Counted from the stretch's first letter, positions 8,401 through 16,726 are shown. The stretch is DNA of 20,000 bases from an uncultured virus (IMG/VR IMGVR_UViG_3300027833_000038) (IMGVR_UViG_3300027833_000038); one strand, 5' to 3'. The notes: generated by a model from the letters alone, not told the origin. A program made the numbers and translations.

Positions 8401-10929
8401 GTTGATGAAGCAAAAGATTTAGTTGACCAATATATTGCGGACACCTTTAGTTCCCCAGACAGAGGAACTCATATAGCATCTTTGGCTGATGGAAAAATAT
8501 CTTCTCCATTTTTAAAAAAGAAAAATAAAAATCTTTCTGATACTTTTAGAAAATTCTTAGGGGAAATAGATGACCCTTTATTTAATTATGTAAACACAAT
8601 TGAGAAAGTTTCTGGATATGTTGCTTCTGTTGAATACCAATCAAAGCTTTCAGATTTTTTAAAAGAAAGTGGTATTGCTACAACCAAACCTAACAGAGAC
8701 TCGGGAAGAACAAATCAACTTCAACTAGGAGCAAAAGGTCTTAATGTATTAGATAAGCTTTACGTGGACCTAGACTTTATAGAAGCTTTTGAATCAATTC
8801 AAAGACTAGCTCCTATTGAGGGCTCTTTAAAATATTTAGTTGCAGCTCAAGGAATAACTAAATATGGTAAAACAATTTTGTCTCCTACTACAACGGCAAG
8901 AAACTACATTTCAGGTTCTTTAATAACCCTGATGAATGGAGAAAACATATTAAATCCAGCAAATTGGAAAAAGGCTTCTAGAGCAGCTAAGTTAGCTTGG
9001 AACAGTCCTAAGAATCCTAAAGAAATTAAAGCCGAAGTACAAAGACTTATAGAACATGGAGTCTTACAGGATGGAGGTAGAGCTCAGGAGGTAATGATGA
9101 TTCTTAATGATATATATGCACTAGAATCAAAAAGAAGAACAGACGGTTTAAGCACTGAGGGAATGAGAAAGTTTAATGATGCCGTGACTAAGATATATCA
9201 GTTCGGAGATGATTACTTTAAAACATTTGCTTTTTATGAAAAGAGAGATGCCTTTATGAGAGAGGGTATGTCTCTTGAAGAAGCCGAAGAAATAGCTGCC
9301 TACAGAGTAAGAAAAGGTCAACCAACTTACTCCGAGCTTCCAAAAAACATGAGGAGCTTGAGAAGATTTCCCCTTACAGGAACGTTTGTTTCATTCCCTT
9401 ATTTAATTACAAAAGCACATAAAGAAAACTTAATGTTTATTGCTGAAGATTTTAAAGCAGGAAGAACAAAAATGGCTGCAAAAAGTTTAGCTAATTATGC
9501 TGCATCTGTCGCTATACCATACGGAATTGCTGAGGGAATGAAATCGGCACTTGGAGTTTCTGACGAAGAGGATAAAGCTTTGAAAGACATGGCTCCAAAA
9601 TATTATAAAGATGCGCAGTTTATATATACATCAAAAGACGAAGAGACCAACGAGTTAACTTATTTTGATGTAAACTCAATAGCACCTTCAGCTCAAATAG
9701 TACAGGGATTAACTATATTGGCTCAAGACAGACATGGAAGAAATCTTTCAGACAAAATAGGAGAGTCAGTTATGTCTCAATTAAAGCCATACGTTAGTTT
9801 AGATTTATTAGTAAATACTGGAACTGCTGTTATGTCTGGTAAAGACCCTAACAGTGGTAAAAATATTGGAGAAGATACTTACGACAGATTAAAGTGGGGT
9901 GTAAATAACATATCTCCTGGAGTAGTAAGAAATTTAGCGAACATAGCACGTTCTCAAGGATGGTTCGAGTTAGATGAAATAAATAAATTTACAGGAAAGA
10001 AATATACTTTAGAAGATGAACTTGCAGCATTGCTTGGTCTTAGGTTTCAAACAACAAACTGGAATTTACAACTTCAGAGCTACGCAAAAGGTCAAAGCAT
10101 TGATTTTGCTAATGATGTTAAAGGTCAGCTCAGAGACGTAAAATCACAACAAAAAATTCCACTACAAGAGGTTAGTATGATTGTTTCTGATATGTACGAA
10201 AAAGATGCAGAGTACAGTGGTAATTTATTACATCAAATTGAAGTAGCTAGAAAACAAAATTTAACTGAATCTGAAATAGTTGACGCTTTGTCTGCTGCTG
10301 GAATAAGAGCTAATGATATAAACTCACTAATGAAGGGAGAGTTTATGGAGCTTAAAGGAATAGGAACTGAAGTATACAAGAAAGAGATAGAATCTTTAAG
10401 CAGTAGACCAGACCTAGCCGACAACATGAAAAGAAATTTAGATACTTATCAGTATTTAGTTGGAGAAAGAAATGCTGACGGTAGAGCAAAAACTGACTTA
10501 TATAAGCTATATGTTTCTGGAGCTGATGATACAGTTGTTTTAGATAGAATCAAAAAAGCTTCTAAAAACATTTACAAAAGAAGTAAAACTCAAATAGGTT
10601 TTGATGAAAATGCGTTTACTCAAAAAGATATTGCTGATGCGGAAAATGTCTCTGTAAAAAGATATTTTAATATATACAAAGGATATAAAACTTTAGGTGA
10701 GAGTCCTAAACTTAGCAACCTTCCCATAAGCGCTAAAGCTACTATTGATATGATTTATGAAAAAGACCCTGAAATACAGTCGTTTTTATTTCATAAATTT
10801 TTAGATGGAAAAACTGATGATAAATCTATAAACGGCTTAAACACATTGTACAAGTCTATAACAGGAAAAAATATGTCTAAGACAGTTCTTGAGTTACTTG
10901 TGTATAGAATCAAACAGGATAAAAAATAA
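5455..10929 (+). CDS. Large ejection / polyvalent virion protein (1824 aa)
   Basis: Acidic N-terminus and Gly/Ala-rich hydrophobic helices (about aa 245-420). An alpha/beta insert (about aa 537-730) precedes a PPPP linker. The helical C-terminal region GDDYFKTFAF..EAEEIAAYRVRKGQPTYSELP..FPLTGTFVSFPY is typical of large phage polyvalent/ejection proteins. Confidence 0.7.
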   Translation: MDNVEELYNGLIEDGSLTAENTSLEKFRVDLQDEGYAEELYNGLYDSKDYTLDYGSFVETYSTPKNIDPLDTKADTGDKPNIMLQDFSLSDELFNDSEEVKSQFRTFYNWQGKLEVEEDKDGQFLKGAFGEFINMMPMGDWIDDQARAFSSGREDVDVQETGNEIMNQHFAGNKISVDQANEMLKQLYESQSTPRSQEVENFENILVENGMDGFAAVKAIYEEPSAAMEYVTRSISSMINWDNAGVAAATMGTMTAGGAMIGGPVGALSGFLTSIPAAMAAAGANTDMGMSYANFFAEELGEDYTREDLKALIEDQDRMDNIENKALARGVSIAAVSAFTAGIGANVAANVFRNGRRGIRASAEAFARVTPLSMAGGATGEALAQTTSGQDFSGAEVVLEGLLDPIGSIGTTIGGFGQAIASAPSYKINGGGTTKAEFIRRFNSMTDEQAKRASFEVNNDEDTFSVIDDRLGSLKVREEIKKVYGDMDEEQITRLSSLEAEKKKVSKLNSETAKKRAAEINQEIDEVVNIYKTKRDVIGVLSAPYYDLNITSVEDAQSKRKTKEYKSYINKAKRLAETMNLTVSDVNDGIGGYFLDDGTYLQELSSEVYLEGATYEQAIEYASILGAITPETQESTIAGMIVGPGEGDAGKFTFAIEDNSVLEDVRSALDELKIEYSMNTDTGEIGIIDFSNGDDVELNEKLGIFVEVLEKNQINHEQKSERIRSKYIGAKDRADNLQQIKESSDKYGKNGESIRYIAEKAEQRNEEYLGNKTPPPPEETPSLEPVVVRTNVRKIYDALGQKKAIKKVRRFFLETFYSGGGLDSKSEEIIRAFRRKGTATQNFLKTESAIFEAQFELDTKKMSTSDAMLYKTAINDYLSGKTDIELSPEMKPVLDEMRSQIDQRTNILLGLLKEKGRPGPELDQLIETLENNKGSYLHRAYSAFKDLSYMEELLSDPSMARSEINETYDLLVAETAMDQGITVDEAKDLVDQYIADTFSSPDRGTHIASLADGKISSPFLKKKNKNLSDTFRKFLGEIDDPLFNYVNTIEKVSGYVASVEYQSKLSDFLKESGIATTKPNRDSGRTNQLQLGAKGLNVLDKLYVDLDFIEAFESIQRLAPIEGSLKYLVAAQGITKYGKTILSPTTTARNYISGSLITLMNGENILNPANWKKASRAAKLAWNSPKNPKEIKAEVQRLIEHGVLQDGGRAQEVMMILNDIYALESKRRTDGLSTEGMRKFNDAVTKIYQFGDDYFKTFAFYEKRDAFMREGMSLEEAEEIAAYRVRKGQPTYSELPKNMRSLRRFPLTGTFVSFPYLITKAHKENLMFIAEDFKAGRTKMAAKSLANYAASVAIPYGIAEGMKSALGVSDEEDKALKDMAPKYYKDAQFIYTSKDEETNELTYFDVNSIAPSAQIVQGLTILAQDRHGRNLSDKIGESVMSQLKPYVSLDLLVNTGTAVMSGKDPNSGKNIGEDTYDRLKWGVNNISPGVVRNLANIARSQGWFELDEINKFTGKKYTLEDELAALLGLRFQTTNWNLQLQSYAKGQSIDFANDVKGQLRDVKSQQKIPLQEVSMIVSDMYEKDAEYSGNLLHQIEVARKQNLTESEIVDALSAAGIRANDINSLMKGEFMELKGIGTEVYKKEIESLSSRPDLADNMKRNLDTYQYLVGERNADGRAKTDLYKLYVSGADDTVVLDRIKKASKNIYKRSKTQIGFDENAFTQKDIADAENVSVKRYFNIYKGYKTLGESPKLSNLPISAKATIDMIYEKDPEIQSFLFHKFLDGKTDDKSINGLNTLYKSITGKNMSKTVLELLVYRIKQDKK
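7541..7570 (+). promoter_or_regulatory. Putative internal Bacteroidota promoter TTG-N19-TAtcTTTG
   Basis: TTG at 7541-7543, a 19-nt spacer and TATCTTTG at 7563-7570, followed by an A-rich leader and ATG 7601. Confidence 0.5.
7601..7762 (+). CDS. Putative nested +1-frame ORF, 53 aa basic peptide (MSKNLRESVQSILAQKTGLTTYNKLKNLPISTERMGKAFVTSPKKQSKGTKNT)
   Basis: Manually translated from ATG 7601 to TAG 7760-7762. Leader aaaaaaaccaaataaatc has A at -3 and lies downstream of the promoter match. Host-frame codons here are unusually C/G-ending. Confidence 0.45.
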   Translation: MSKNLRESVQSILAQKTGLTTYNKLKNLPISTERMGKAFVTSPKKQSKGTKNT

Positions 10930-10962
10930 AAAAGCCTCACGGTGTTACGAATGAGGCTTTTT
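10928..10962. terminator. Bidirectional intrinsic terminator between the convergent arms
   Basis: aaaaaAGCCTCA-cggtgttacgaa-TGAGGCTtttt: a perfect stem with an A-tract before and a T-tract after, directly behind the stop at 10929. Confidence 0.85.
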
Positions 10963-11023
10963 ACACGTAATGAAAAAAATTAATAAAGGTTTATTAAAGT
11001 TCCACTTGTCAATCAATACAAAA

Positions 11024-11476
11024 CTACAACTTATTTTTGATTAATTCTACAGTCTTGTCACAATCTTTTTGATTTCTTGGCATATATAGGTCTGCATGTA
11101 TTTCACTATCATGCAAAAACTTCTTAAACAACTTCCATCTTAAAGGAAAAGCTTCGTTTGGATTGCCCTTTGTTTCTATTATATATCTGGGAGGATACTC
11201 TTTGTCTACAAAATCTGGCGTATACTTAATTGGTAGTATTTTTTTATTTCCCCTATTGTTTAATTCTTTCTGAGCTTTTGTCTTTTCATAAGAAATATTG
11301 TCTGAAAAAAACCCGTCCACAACAACATAAGTTTGACCTTCATACACAAAAGGTATTTTAGCTTTCTTAAGGGCTCTGTACATATATAATTCAAGTTTAC
11401 TAGCAAACGACACCCCATCCTCGGTAACCTTCTTAGACCTCGTTATTTGCCTTTTACCCTTCTTTCTTTTAATCAT
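11024..11476 (-). CDS. T7 endonuclease I-like / DUF1064 PD-(D/E)XK nuclease, probable Holliday junction resolvase
   Basis: Motifs FASKLE, FVYE, IKYTPDFV, YIIETKG and FPLRWKLFK. Confidence 0.8.
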   Translation of the reverse strand: MIKRKKGKRQITRSKKVTEDGVSFASKLELYMYRALKKAKIPFVYEGQTYVVVDGFFSDNISYEKTKAQKELNNRGNKKILPIKYTPDFVDKEYPPRYIIETKGNPNEAFPLRWKLFKKFLHDSEIHADLYMPRNQKDCDKTVELIKNKL

Positions 11477-11915
11477 CTACATCTTCTATTTTATGTACAA
11501 CAAAACCAAGCATTGTAAACTCTTCATGAGCTTTTTCTTTGCTCTGGCTATACAGTGTAGCCTCGTGATAAATTAACTCTTTGTTTTGATTAAACGTTTT
11601 TGTGGTTACAATGTACTTACGATATCCATCTATATCATTCCAGTACAACATTTCCCTTAAATCATTAGCAAATCCTGGAAAGTTTCCACAACACCAAAGA
11701 GCCTCTTCATTTGTGCACTCAAGTATTTTAGCTAATGCAAAAACTGATTCTTCTGGATATCTTATAATTTCTACTGCACCATCTGAAGCGTCTAATTCTA
11801 CATAGAAAAAATGCTGTTGCAAGTCAAAGCCTTGAGCCATCATTTCCTCCACATACTCTTTAATTATTTCTTTCTCCCAATCATCGGGACTTCTACTATA
11901 TAGCAATCTAGACAT
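11469..11915 (-). CDS. Hypothetical acidic protein
   Basis: 148-aa ORF that tiles with its neighbours and has a promoter motif just upstream. Confidence 0.65.
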   Translation of the reverse strand: MSRLLYSRSPDDWEKEIIKEYVEEMMAQGFDLQQHFFYVELDASDGAVEIIRYPEESVFALAKILECTNEEALWCCGNFPGFANDLREMLYWNDIDGYRKYIVTTKTFNQNKELIYHEATLYSQSKEKAHEEFTMLGFVVHKIEDVDD

Positions 11916-11920
11916 AATAC

Positions 11921-11928
11921 CAAATATA
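11921..11928 (-). promoter_or_regulatory. Bacteroidota -7 element (TAtaTTTG), 5 nt before ATG 11915
   Basis: Minus strand reads ttttgTATATTTGgtattATG, in an intergenic gap. Confidence 0.5.
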
Positions 11929-11946
11929 CAAAATACAAGTATTATG

Positions 11947-12342
11947 TTAGTGTAGGCAACTCTTAAGTTTCTCTATATTATGTTTGTCTGCTATCTGAAT
12001 AAGAAACTCTTTAACTGACGCTTCATGGTTATGAGTTTTTGACTTCCTATAGATACTTGTTGTGCTGCAATTAATCATATTAATTATTTCAGAAGCATTC
12101 GTATTGTGCTCACAGTAAGCTACCCAACAGGGTCCATTAGTCTTTTCCCAAGAATCAGCTATTCTTTCAAACAAAAGTTTTTGACCTATAGGAACTGCAA
12201 CACCTTTCTTTTTTACCTCAAAGATTATAAGATATTTATTATCAAATTCAAGCAAAGCATCTAGGTCGCTAGGATGTATTTTTTCATTCCCAACTCCGCT
12301 AAAGTCTATAACCTGACTGATTCTGTTTTTATATTTTATCAA
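11947..12342 (-). CDS. PD-(D/E)XK-like phage protein
   Basis: HPSDLDALLEF..LIIFEVKK..GQKLLFERIADSW resembles a restriction-fold active site. The start is re-assigned to TTG 12342 (TTGA overlap with the upstream stop) instead of 12441. Confidence 0.55.
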   Translation of the reverse strand: MIKYKNRISQVIDFSGVGNEKIHPSDLDALLEFDNKYLIIFEVKKKGVAVPIGQKLLFERIADSWEKTNGPCWVAYCEHNTNASEIINMINCSTTSIYRKSKTHNHEASVKEFLIQIADKHNIEKLKSCLH

Positions 12343-13499
12343 AATGTGTGAGTTAATCTTGCAATCTGACCAAATTCGCTGTGATGTAAAAATCCTTCTA
12401 TAGCTCTTGGAGAATGTTGGTATCCTTTTATATGATGCCAACTGTCTGAAGAACTTGGAGACCTTAAGGATTCTAAAGTTACACCTGCGTAATCTTTTGA
12501 AGTCTTGTGGTGTACATGATGCGTATAAATGTATCTGTGCTTTGTGTCAGCCCACATATTTTTAGCCTCTGTAGCCATCAAAAGAGGTAAATCATTGTTC
12601 TTTGCACCATCTCCGTGAGTGGTTCCTATGAGGTTGTTGTTCCACTGATAATATTTTCTATGAGCAATACTATTATCAAACGTTATATTCTTACAGTCCT
12701 TGTACCAAGACTCTATGTTGTGAGCTAAGAAAAAACCATTTGTGTAATCATGGTTCGACGGGTTAAAAACAAAATGAACGTCTGCTTCAAGCAGCAATCT
12801 ATCTATGACAGTGATATACATTTCTTTTGCTTTTAGAAAGTTGTCGTACCACATTCCGTCTGTATCTTGACTGGTTCCTTTTCTTGTTTTTCTATCAGGA
12901 GTGTCAATATGAAGAACATCATTACCTGCAACAAATAATATTTTTTCTACATGAAAACCTTTAACCTTTTCAAGTATACCTGCAACGCCTTCATGTACTC
13001 TTTTGATGGCTATCTCCGTGTTATACTCTTCCCCCGTTTCATACGCTCTCGCAAGCTTCCCCACATGAATGTCAGCAGGGTCAACAACAAGAAGATGACG
13101 GTCTTCACTTTTTTCTTTATTTCTTTTAATTTCATATTTAAATGTATGTTTTTTTACAGAGTCGATATGGTCTTTTAACATGTCCTCAAACTTTGGACCT
13201 TTGTCGCTAGGAGAAAATGATATTGACCAGTTTTTACCCTTGTACCATGCCATTCTTATATCTTCAGGAGCAATACCTACTGTCTTTGCTTCCTCGTAAA
13301 GAGCAGGATTCTCTTCAGCAAGAATATTTTTTTGTATTTTTTTAGACAAATTTCTTCTAGCTGATTCTATTGTAAGTCCTTCTGGATTTCCTAATTCATC
13401 CAAAACCTTTCTAGCTATTTCGGTTTTATTCATGCCCTGCTTGTTCTTAGGAAAGTGCTTTTTTGCTCTTTCTAAGAAATCGTTCCAATCAATATTCAT
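12339..13499 (-). CDS. Calcineurin-like metallophosphoesterase with N-terminal helical/HTH-like extension
   Basis: Metal-binding motifs DPADIHVGK, GNDVLHID, PSNHD, THGD and HHVHH. Confidence 0.85.
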   Translation of the reverse strand: MNIDWNDFLERAKKHFPKNKQGMNKTEIARKVLDELGNPEGLTIESARRNLSKKIQKNILAEENPALYEEAKTVGIAPEDIRMAWYKGKNWSISFSPSDKGPKFEDMLKDHIDSVKKHTFKYEIKRNKEKSEDRHLLVVDPADIHVGKLARAYETGEEYNTEIAIKRVHEGVAGILEKVKGFHVEKILFVAGNDVLHIDTPDRKTRKGTSQDTDGMWYDNFLKAKEMYITVIDRLLLEADVHFVFNPSNHDYTNGFFLAHNIESWYKDCKNITFDNSIAHRKYYQWNNNLIGTTHGDGAKNNDLPLLMATEAKNMWADTKHRYIYTHHVHHKTSKDYAGVTLESLRSPSSSDSWHHIKGYQHSPRAIEGFLHHSEFGQIARLTHTF

Positions 13500-13668
13500 T
13501 GTTTTCGTGTATTAGGTTACTAAGGCGCTCGACTGATATAAGAAGTTTGCGGACTCCCACCCTTGCCTCTTCATTGTTTACATCTAGTAAACCTTCACAA
13601 GCATTTGCAACGTTGTTGTGGATTTCTTCACAAAAATCTACAATGTATTTTTCCCTTGGTGTTAACAT
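13489..13668 (-). CDS. Small hypothetical protein, 59 aa, not in the ORF track (MLTPREKYIVDFCEEIHNNVANACEGLLDVNNEEARVGVRKLLISVERLSNLIHENNEY)
   Basis: Manually translated. It fills the gap between the 13674 and 13499 genes on the coding strand and has an A-rich leader. Confidence 0.65.
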   Translation of the reverse strand: MLTPREKYIVDFCEEIHNNVANACEGLLDVNNEEARVGVRKLLISVERLSNLIHENNEY

Positions 13669-13673
13669 TTATT

Positions 13674-13964
13674 TTAATCATCGTCCTGAAAAATAAGGAA
13701 TGTTTCCCCCAGTTTTTTGTCAAGTCTTTTAATACCTCTGTAAATAATTCTAGACTTTACCATGATTTTTTTCTTATCATGTACAGTGTGGTCTACGTCA
13801 AGTTCTCCGTGCAATGTGTGGTCAAAAAGTAAAAGCCTATCTATTTTTTGTGTAATAGAAAGAGATTTCCTTGATAACACATTTTCAATGATATCATTTA
13901 AGCTGTCTTTTGATGCGTTCATCTTTAACGCTTTTCTCTGTTTAGCTGTTGGTTCCACATGCAT
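13674..13964 (-). CDS. Hypothetical phage protein
   Basis: 96-aa helical ORF (QKIDRLL..KSRIIYRGIKRLD) in the operon. The start could instead be the internal Met. Confidence 0.65.
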   Translation of the reverse strand: MHVEPTAKQRKALKMNASKDSLNDIIENVLSRKSLSITQKIDRLLLFDHTLHGELDVDHTVHDKKKIMVKSRIIYRGIKRLDKKLGETFLIFQDDD

Positions 13965-13996
13965 CTCACATAAAGTTAAAGTTAATTATTGACAAT

Positions 13997-14242
13997 TTAC
14001 GATTTAATTTGATATTTTTCTCTGAGCTTCACGTAAATGTCCCATATTTTTTGTTGAGCCTCACAGTTTTCGTAGGTTTCTGGAGACACAGTTGAGCGTT
14101 TTTTTACACAAATTTCTAAACGAACTCCAGTAGGAGTAGGAAATGGTTTAACAAATATTTTATTTCTCATACACCAAAGCATAGAGTCATAATGTTCTTT
14201 TGTTGTATTAATATCGCAGGGTACCTTCCTTTGTCTTGGCAT
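13997..14242 (-). CDS. Hypothetical phage protein
   Basis: 81-aa ORF with a TAATG overlap with the primase-helicase stop. Confidence 0.65.
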   Translation of the reverse strand: MPRQRKVPCDINTTKEHYDSMLWCMRNKIFVKPFPTPTGVRLEICVKKRSTVSPETYENCEAQQKIWDIYVKLREKYQIKS

Positions 14243-16056
14243 TAAAACAAATCTAAATCATCTTCTTTATCTTCTTTCCAAGGGTTTGAACCTTGAGGTA
14301 TAGTTGCGTATGGATTTTTAGATTCAAAGGGTTCTGAATAATATTCTTTTGAAATCATGCTTTGAGTATTTACTTTTTTGCCTACTGCATAATATCTTCC
14401 GCTAGGCAAATCATATCTAAACACTTCCTCTTCCAGGGTGTCTCCCTGAAATTTCATTTTTTGTTTTAACGACTTAACAACAACATCGTCTTTTCGGTAA
14501 TCCATGTAATCTTTAAAGTATCTATAAACTAGAAGTCCATCATGGCAAACGTTTTTAAAATCAGCACTACCACTAACGCTATATAAATCTGGTTGTTTGT
14601 AGTATCCTAAGTCATCCTTTTGCATCTTTGTTGGGTGTGCTACTAGAAATATCATTACATCGTTTTGCTGTGCAAAATTAGTAAGCTTTGTTAGGGTTGT
14701 TCTTATTTCAGCAAGCTCACTTTTATTGCCTCCCATTTCAACTTTATTAAAAGCATCTATAACAAAAATATCAACTCCATAAGAATAAACCTGCTCTTTA
14801 AATGTTTCTAAAAGCCATTTCCATGTAGGTCTTTTGTCCTCTTCAGGATAAGTTATATATATTTTTTCTTTTGACCACTCAATGTAATCTTTGATATCAT
14901 CCTTTGAAACTTTTGGTCTGTCGTTGTTTTCCATGAAAAAATTCTTTCCCATAACTTTTTCAATAAAAGTGGATTGATGCAAAGCCATTGGATGATGCTC
15001 AGGAGAATAAAAAGAAGCTTTCATTTTGTAGTCTTGAAGTAAATTTAAAACATACCATTCAACAAAATTTGATTTACCGTGAGAGGGTATTCCTGTAATG
15101 ACAGTTAAATGTCCTCTCATTGTCGAAAAAGCACCCTTAAGCTCTCCAAAAGCATAGTTCTTTGGATATATTGTCTTAGGCTTACCGTGTGCATGAAGCT
15201 TATAAATGTCATCAGCAATGTCTTCTGCTGTGAATGTTCCGCTTGCAGGATACTTTGTGCTTGATGATAGTGATGTTTCTAAACCTATTTTACCTCCATC
15301 TATTAAGTCTCCATTAGCGTCTTTATTTTTAAAGATTACTCTCTCACATCTGTATCTTCCTAACCTATGAGCTATCTTGTCTGACAAAGCTTGACCTTTT
15401 TCATCGCTATCAGTACAAATGAATATTTTTTTTGCATCTGACAAATACTTTTCTGAATTAATCCAGTAGTTGTCGTTGTCGTTTGCTCCGTTTGGAACAG
15501 ATACTGCGTTTTTATATCCTATCTCCCACATGGCTAACACATCAAACTCACCTTCCATAATATAAACTACATCACTAGCTATAATATTATTTACATTGTA
15601 TAGTATTGGCTTGCCGTCTTTTGATTGGGTAAAGTTTTTCTCAGCATCTCTATATTTCTTATTAACTACTTTATCTCCTTCAAAATAATTAAACACAAAA
15701 CAATTAAGCTCTTTACCTTTTTGTGGTATATAATATTTCTCTTGAGTAATGCCCATTTCCTGTAAAGTCTTTTGAGAAATTCTTCTTTTCTCTGCAAACT
15801 TGACAAATCCATCTGAAAATTCCGTGTGATTTTTCCACTCTTGGGGAGGTAGTGTATACTCTTTTTTCTCTTCCTCTTCTCTAATGCTTATTGCCTCGCA
15901 GTAGTGACACTTAGCAACACCTTTAGCTACATTAACACTTAGGCTTCTATCCCCTTTGTTGCTTCTTCTGTTTATACAGCTTGGGCATTTAACTTTTACC
16001 TGACCAGTTTTGTTTCCGATTGACGACTGAACTTCACTCCACTCTATTTTTTCCAT
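14242..16056 (-). CDS. Bifunctional primase-helicase (T7 gp4/Twinkle-like)
   Basis: Zn finger CPSC..CHYC, TOPRIM EGEFD and DSD, KDANG, Walker A GIPSHGKS, Walker B FVIDAF, LVAHPTK and SGSADF. Confidence 0.93.
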   Translation of the reverse strand: MEKIEWSEVQSSIGNKTGQVKVKCPSCINRRSNKGDRSLSVNVAKGVAKCHYCEAISIREEEEKKEYTLPPQEWKNHTEFSDGFVKFAEKRRISQKTLQEMGITQEKYYIPQKGKELNCFVFNYFEGDKVVNKKYRDAEKNFTQSKDGKPILYNVNNIIASDVVYIMEGEFDVLAMWEIGYKNAVSVPNGANDNDNYWINSEKYLSDAKKIFICTDSDEKGQALSDKIAHRLGRYRCERVIFKNKDANGDLIDGGKIGLETSLSSSTKYPASGTFTAEDIADDIYKLHAHGKPKTIYPKNYAFGELKGAFSTMRGHLTVITGIPSHGKSNFVEWYVLNLLQDYKMKASFYSPEHHPMALHQSTFIEKVMGKNFFMENNDRPKVSKDDIKDYIEWSKEKIYITYPEEDKRPTWKWLLETFKEQVYSYGVDIFVIDAFNKVEMGGNKSELAEIRTTLTKLTNFAQQNDVMIFLVAHPTKMQKDDLGYYKQPDLYSVSGSADFKNVCHDGLLVYRYFKDYMDYRKDDVVVKSLKQKMKFQGDTLEEEVFRYDLPSGRYYAVGKKVNTQSMISKEYYSEPFESKNPYATIPQGSNPWKEDKEDDLDLF

Positions 16057-16060
16057 TGTG

Positions 16061-16726
16061 CTACATTGTTAAATTATTGTGTCTTGAGTTTGATTCTTTC
16101 TGAGCATCACTTCTTAGCCAACCTGAAAATCCACTCTTAAATCTTTTTATATTGACAGTAACCTCATCTTTATCTTTCAAGAAGTTTACGAAGTTATCCA
16201 TCTTTAAATTGATTTTAGTTTTTTTAAGAGAATATCTCATCATCAAATGCTCTAACCAAATCTCATCTCTTTTTGCTAAAGCATAAGATTCTTCTAAATT
16301 TCCTGCGGCTGCAATAACATTATTTTCTTTATTAACCTTATTTACATTATTAGTAGTGGTTAGCTGTTGGTTAGCCGTTGGTTGCTTGTTGGTTAGCTGT
16401 TGGTTAGAAGACTTATCAATTTGATACGCATCGTAGTTGTTTACTGATACTACCGTGTGTTGTCTGTTGGTTAGAAGTGTTACCTCTTTTGTCTCGGTTA
16501 GCTGCCTAATTGCAGTTCTTATTTGCTGGCGAGAAAGGTTTAATTCTAGAGCTAATTTATCTGTAGAAGTAATGAACGAACCCCTTTTAATACTATGGTT
16601 CTCCCACTCTTTGTCTTTGAAATTTGCCTTGAGTAATATGTGAATAAACAGCCTAATTGTATTTGGTCTTTTATACCACCTCCAGTCTAATATTTTTCTA
16701 TTTAATGATATAAAATTAGATTTCAT
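16061..16726 (-). CDS. Phage replication initiator / replisome organiser (lambda O/DnaD-like N-terminal wHTH)
   Basis: FISLNRKILDWRWY..LFIHILLKAN..IKRGSFITS..LALELNLSRQQIRTAI pattern, plus a low-complexity N/Q/T linker encoded by iterons. Confidence 0.8.
   Translation of the reverse strand: MKSNFISLNRKILDWRWYKRPNTIRLFIHILLKANFKDKEWENHSIKRGSFITSTDKLALELNLSRQQIRTAIRQLTETKEVTLLTNRQHTVVSVNNYDAYQIDKSSNQQLTNKQPTANQQLTTTNNVNKVNKENNVIAAAGNLEESYALAKRDEIWLEHLMMRYSLKKTKINLKMDNFVNFLKDKDEVTVNIKRFKSGFSGWLRSDAQKESNSRHNNLTM
16357..16407. repeat. Tandem 11-bp iterons (TGGTTAGCTGT, about 4.6 copies), probable replication origin
   Basis: Units tggttagctgt, tggttagccgt, tggttgcttgt, tggttagctgt and tggttag. 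Extra copies at 16464-16477 and 16496-16504, with an AT-rich tract at about 16316-16352. Confidence 0.8.

Noticed and set aside
5455..10929. Virion RNA polymerase, intein or lytic transglycosylase in the giant ORF
   Set aside because: No DxDxD catalytic loop, intein splice-junction pattern or transglycosylase motif was recognised.
12343..12441. N-terminal extension of the 164-aa ORF
   Set aside because: It overlaps the phosphoesterase gene by about 100 nt. TTG 12342 with a TTGA overlap is the more plausible start.
16357..16407. Repeats as a possible CRISPR array
   Set aside because: The units are 11-bp tandem repeats with no spacers, and no cas genes are present. Iterons explain them better.
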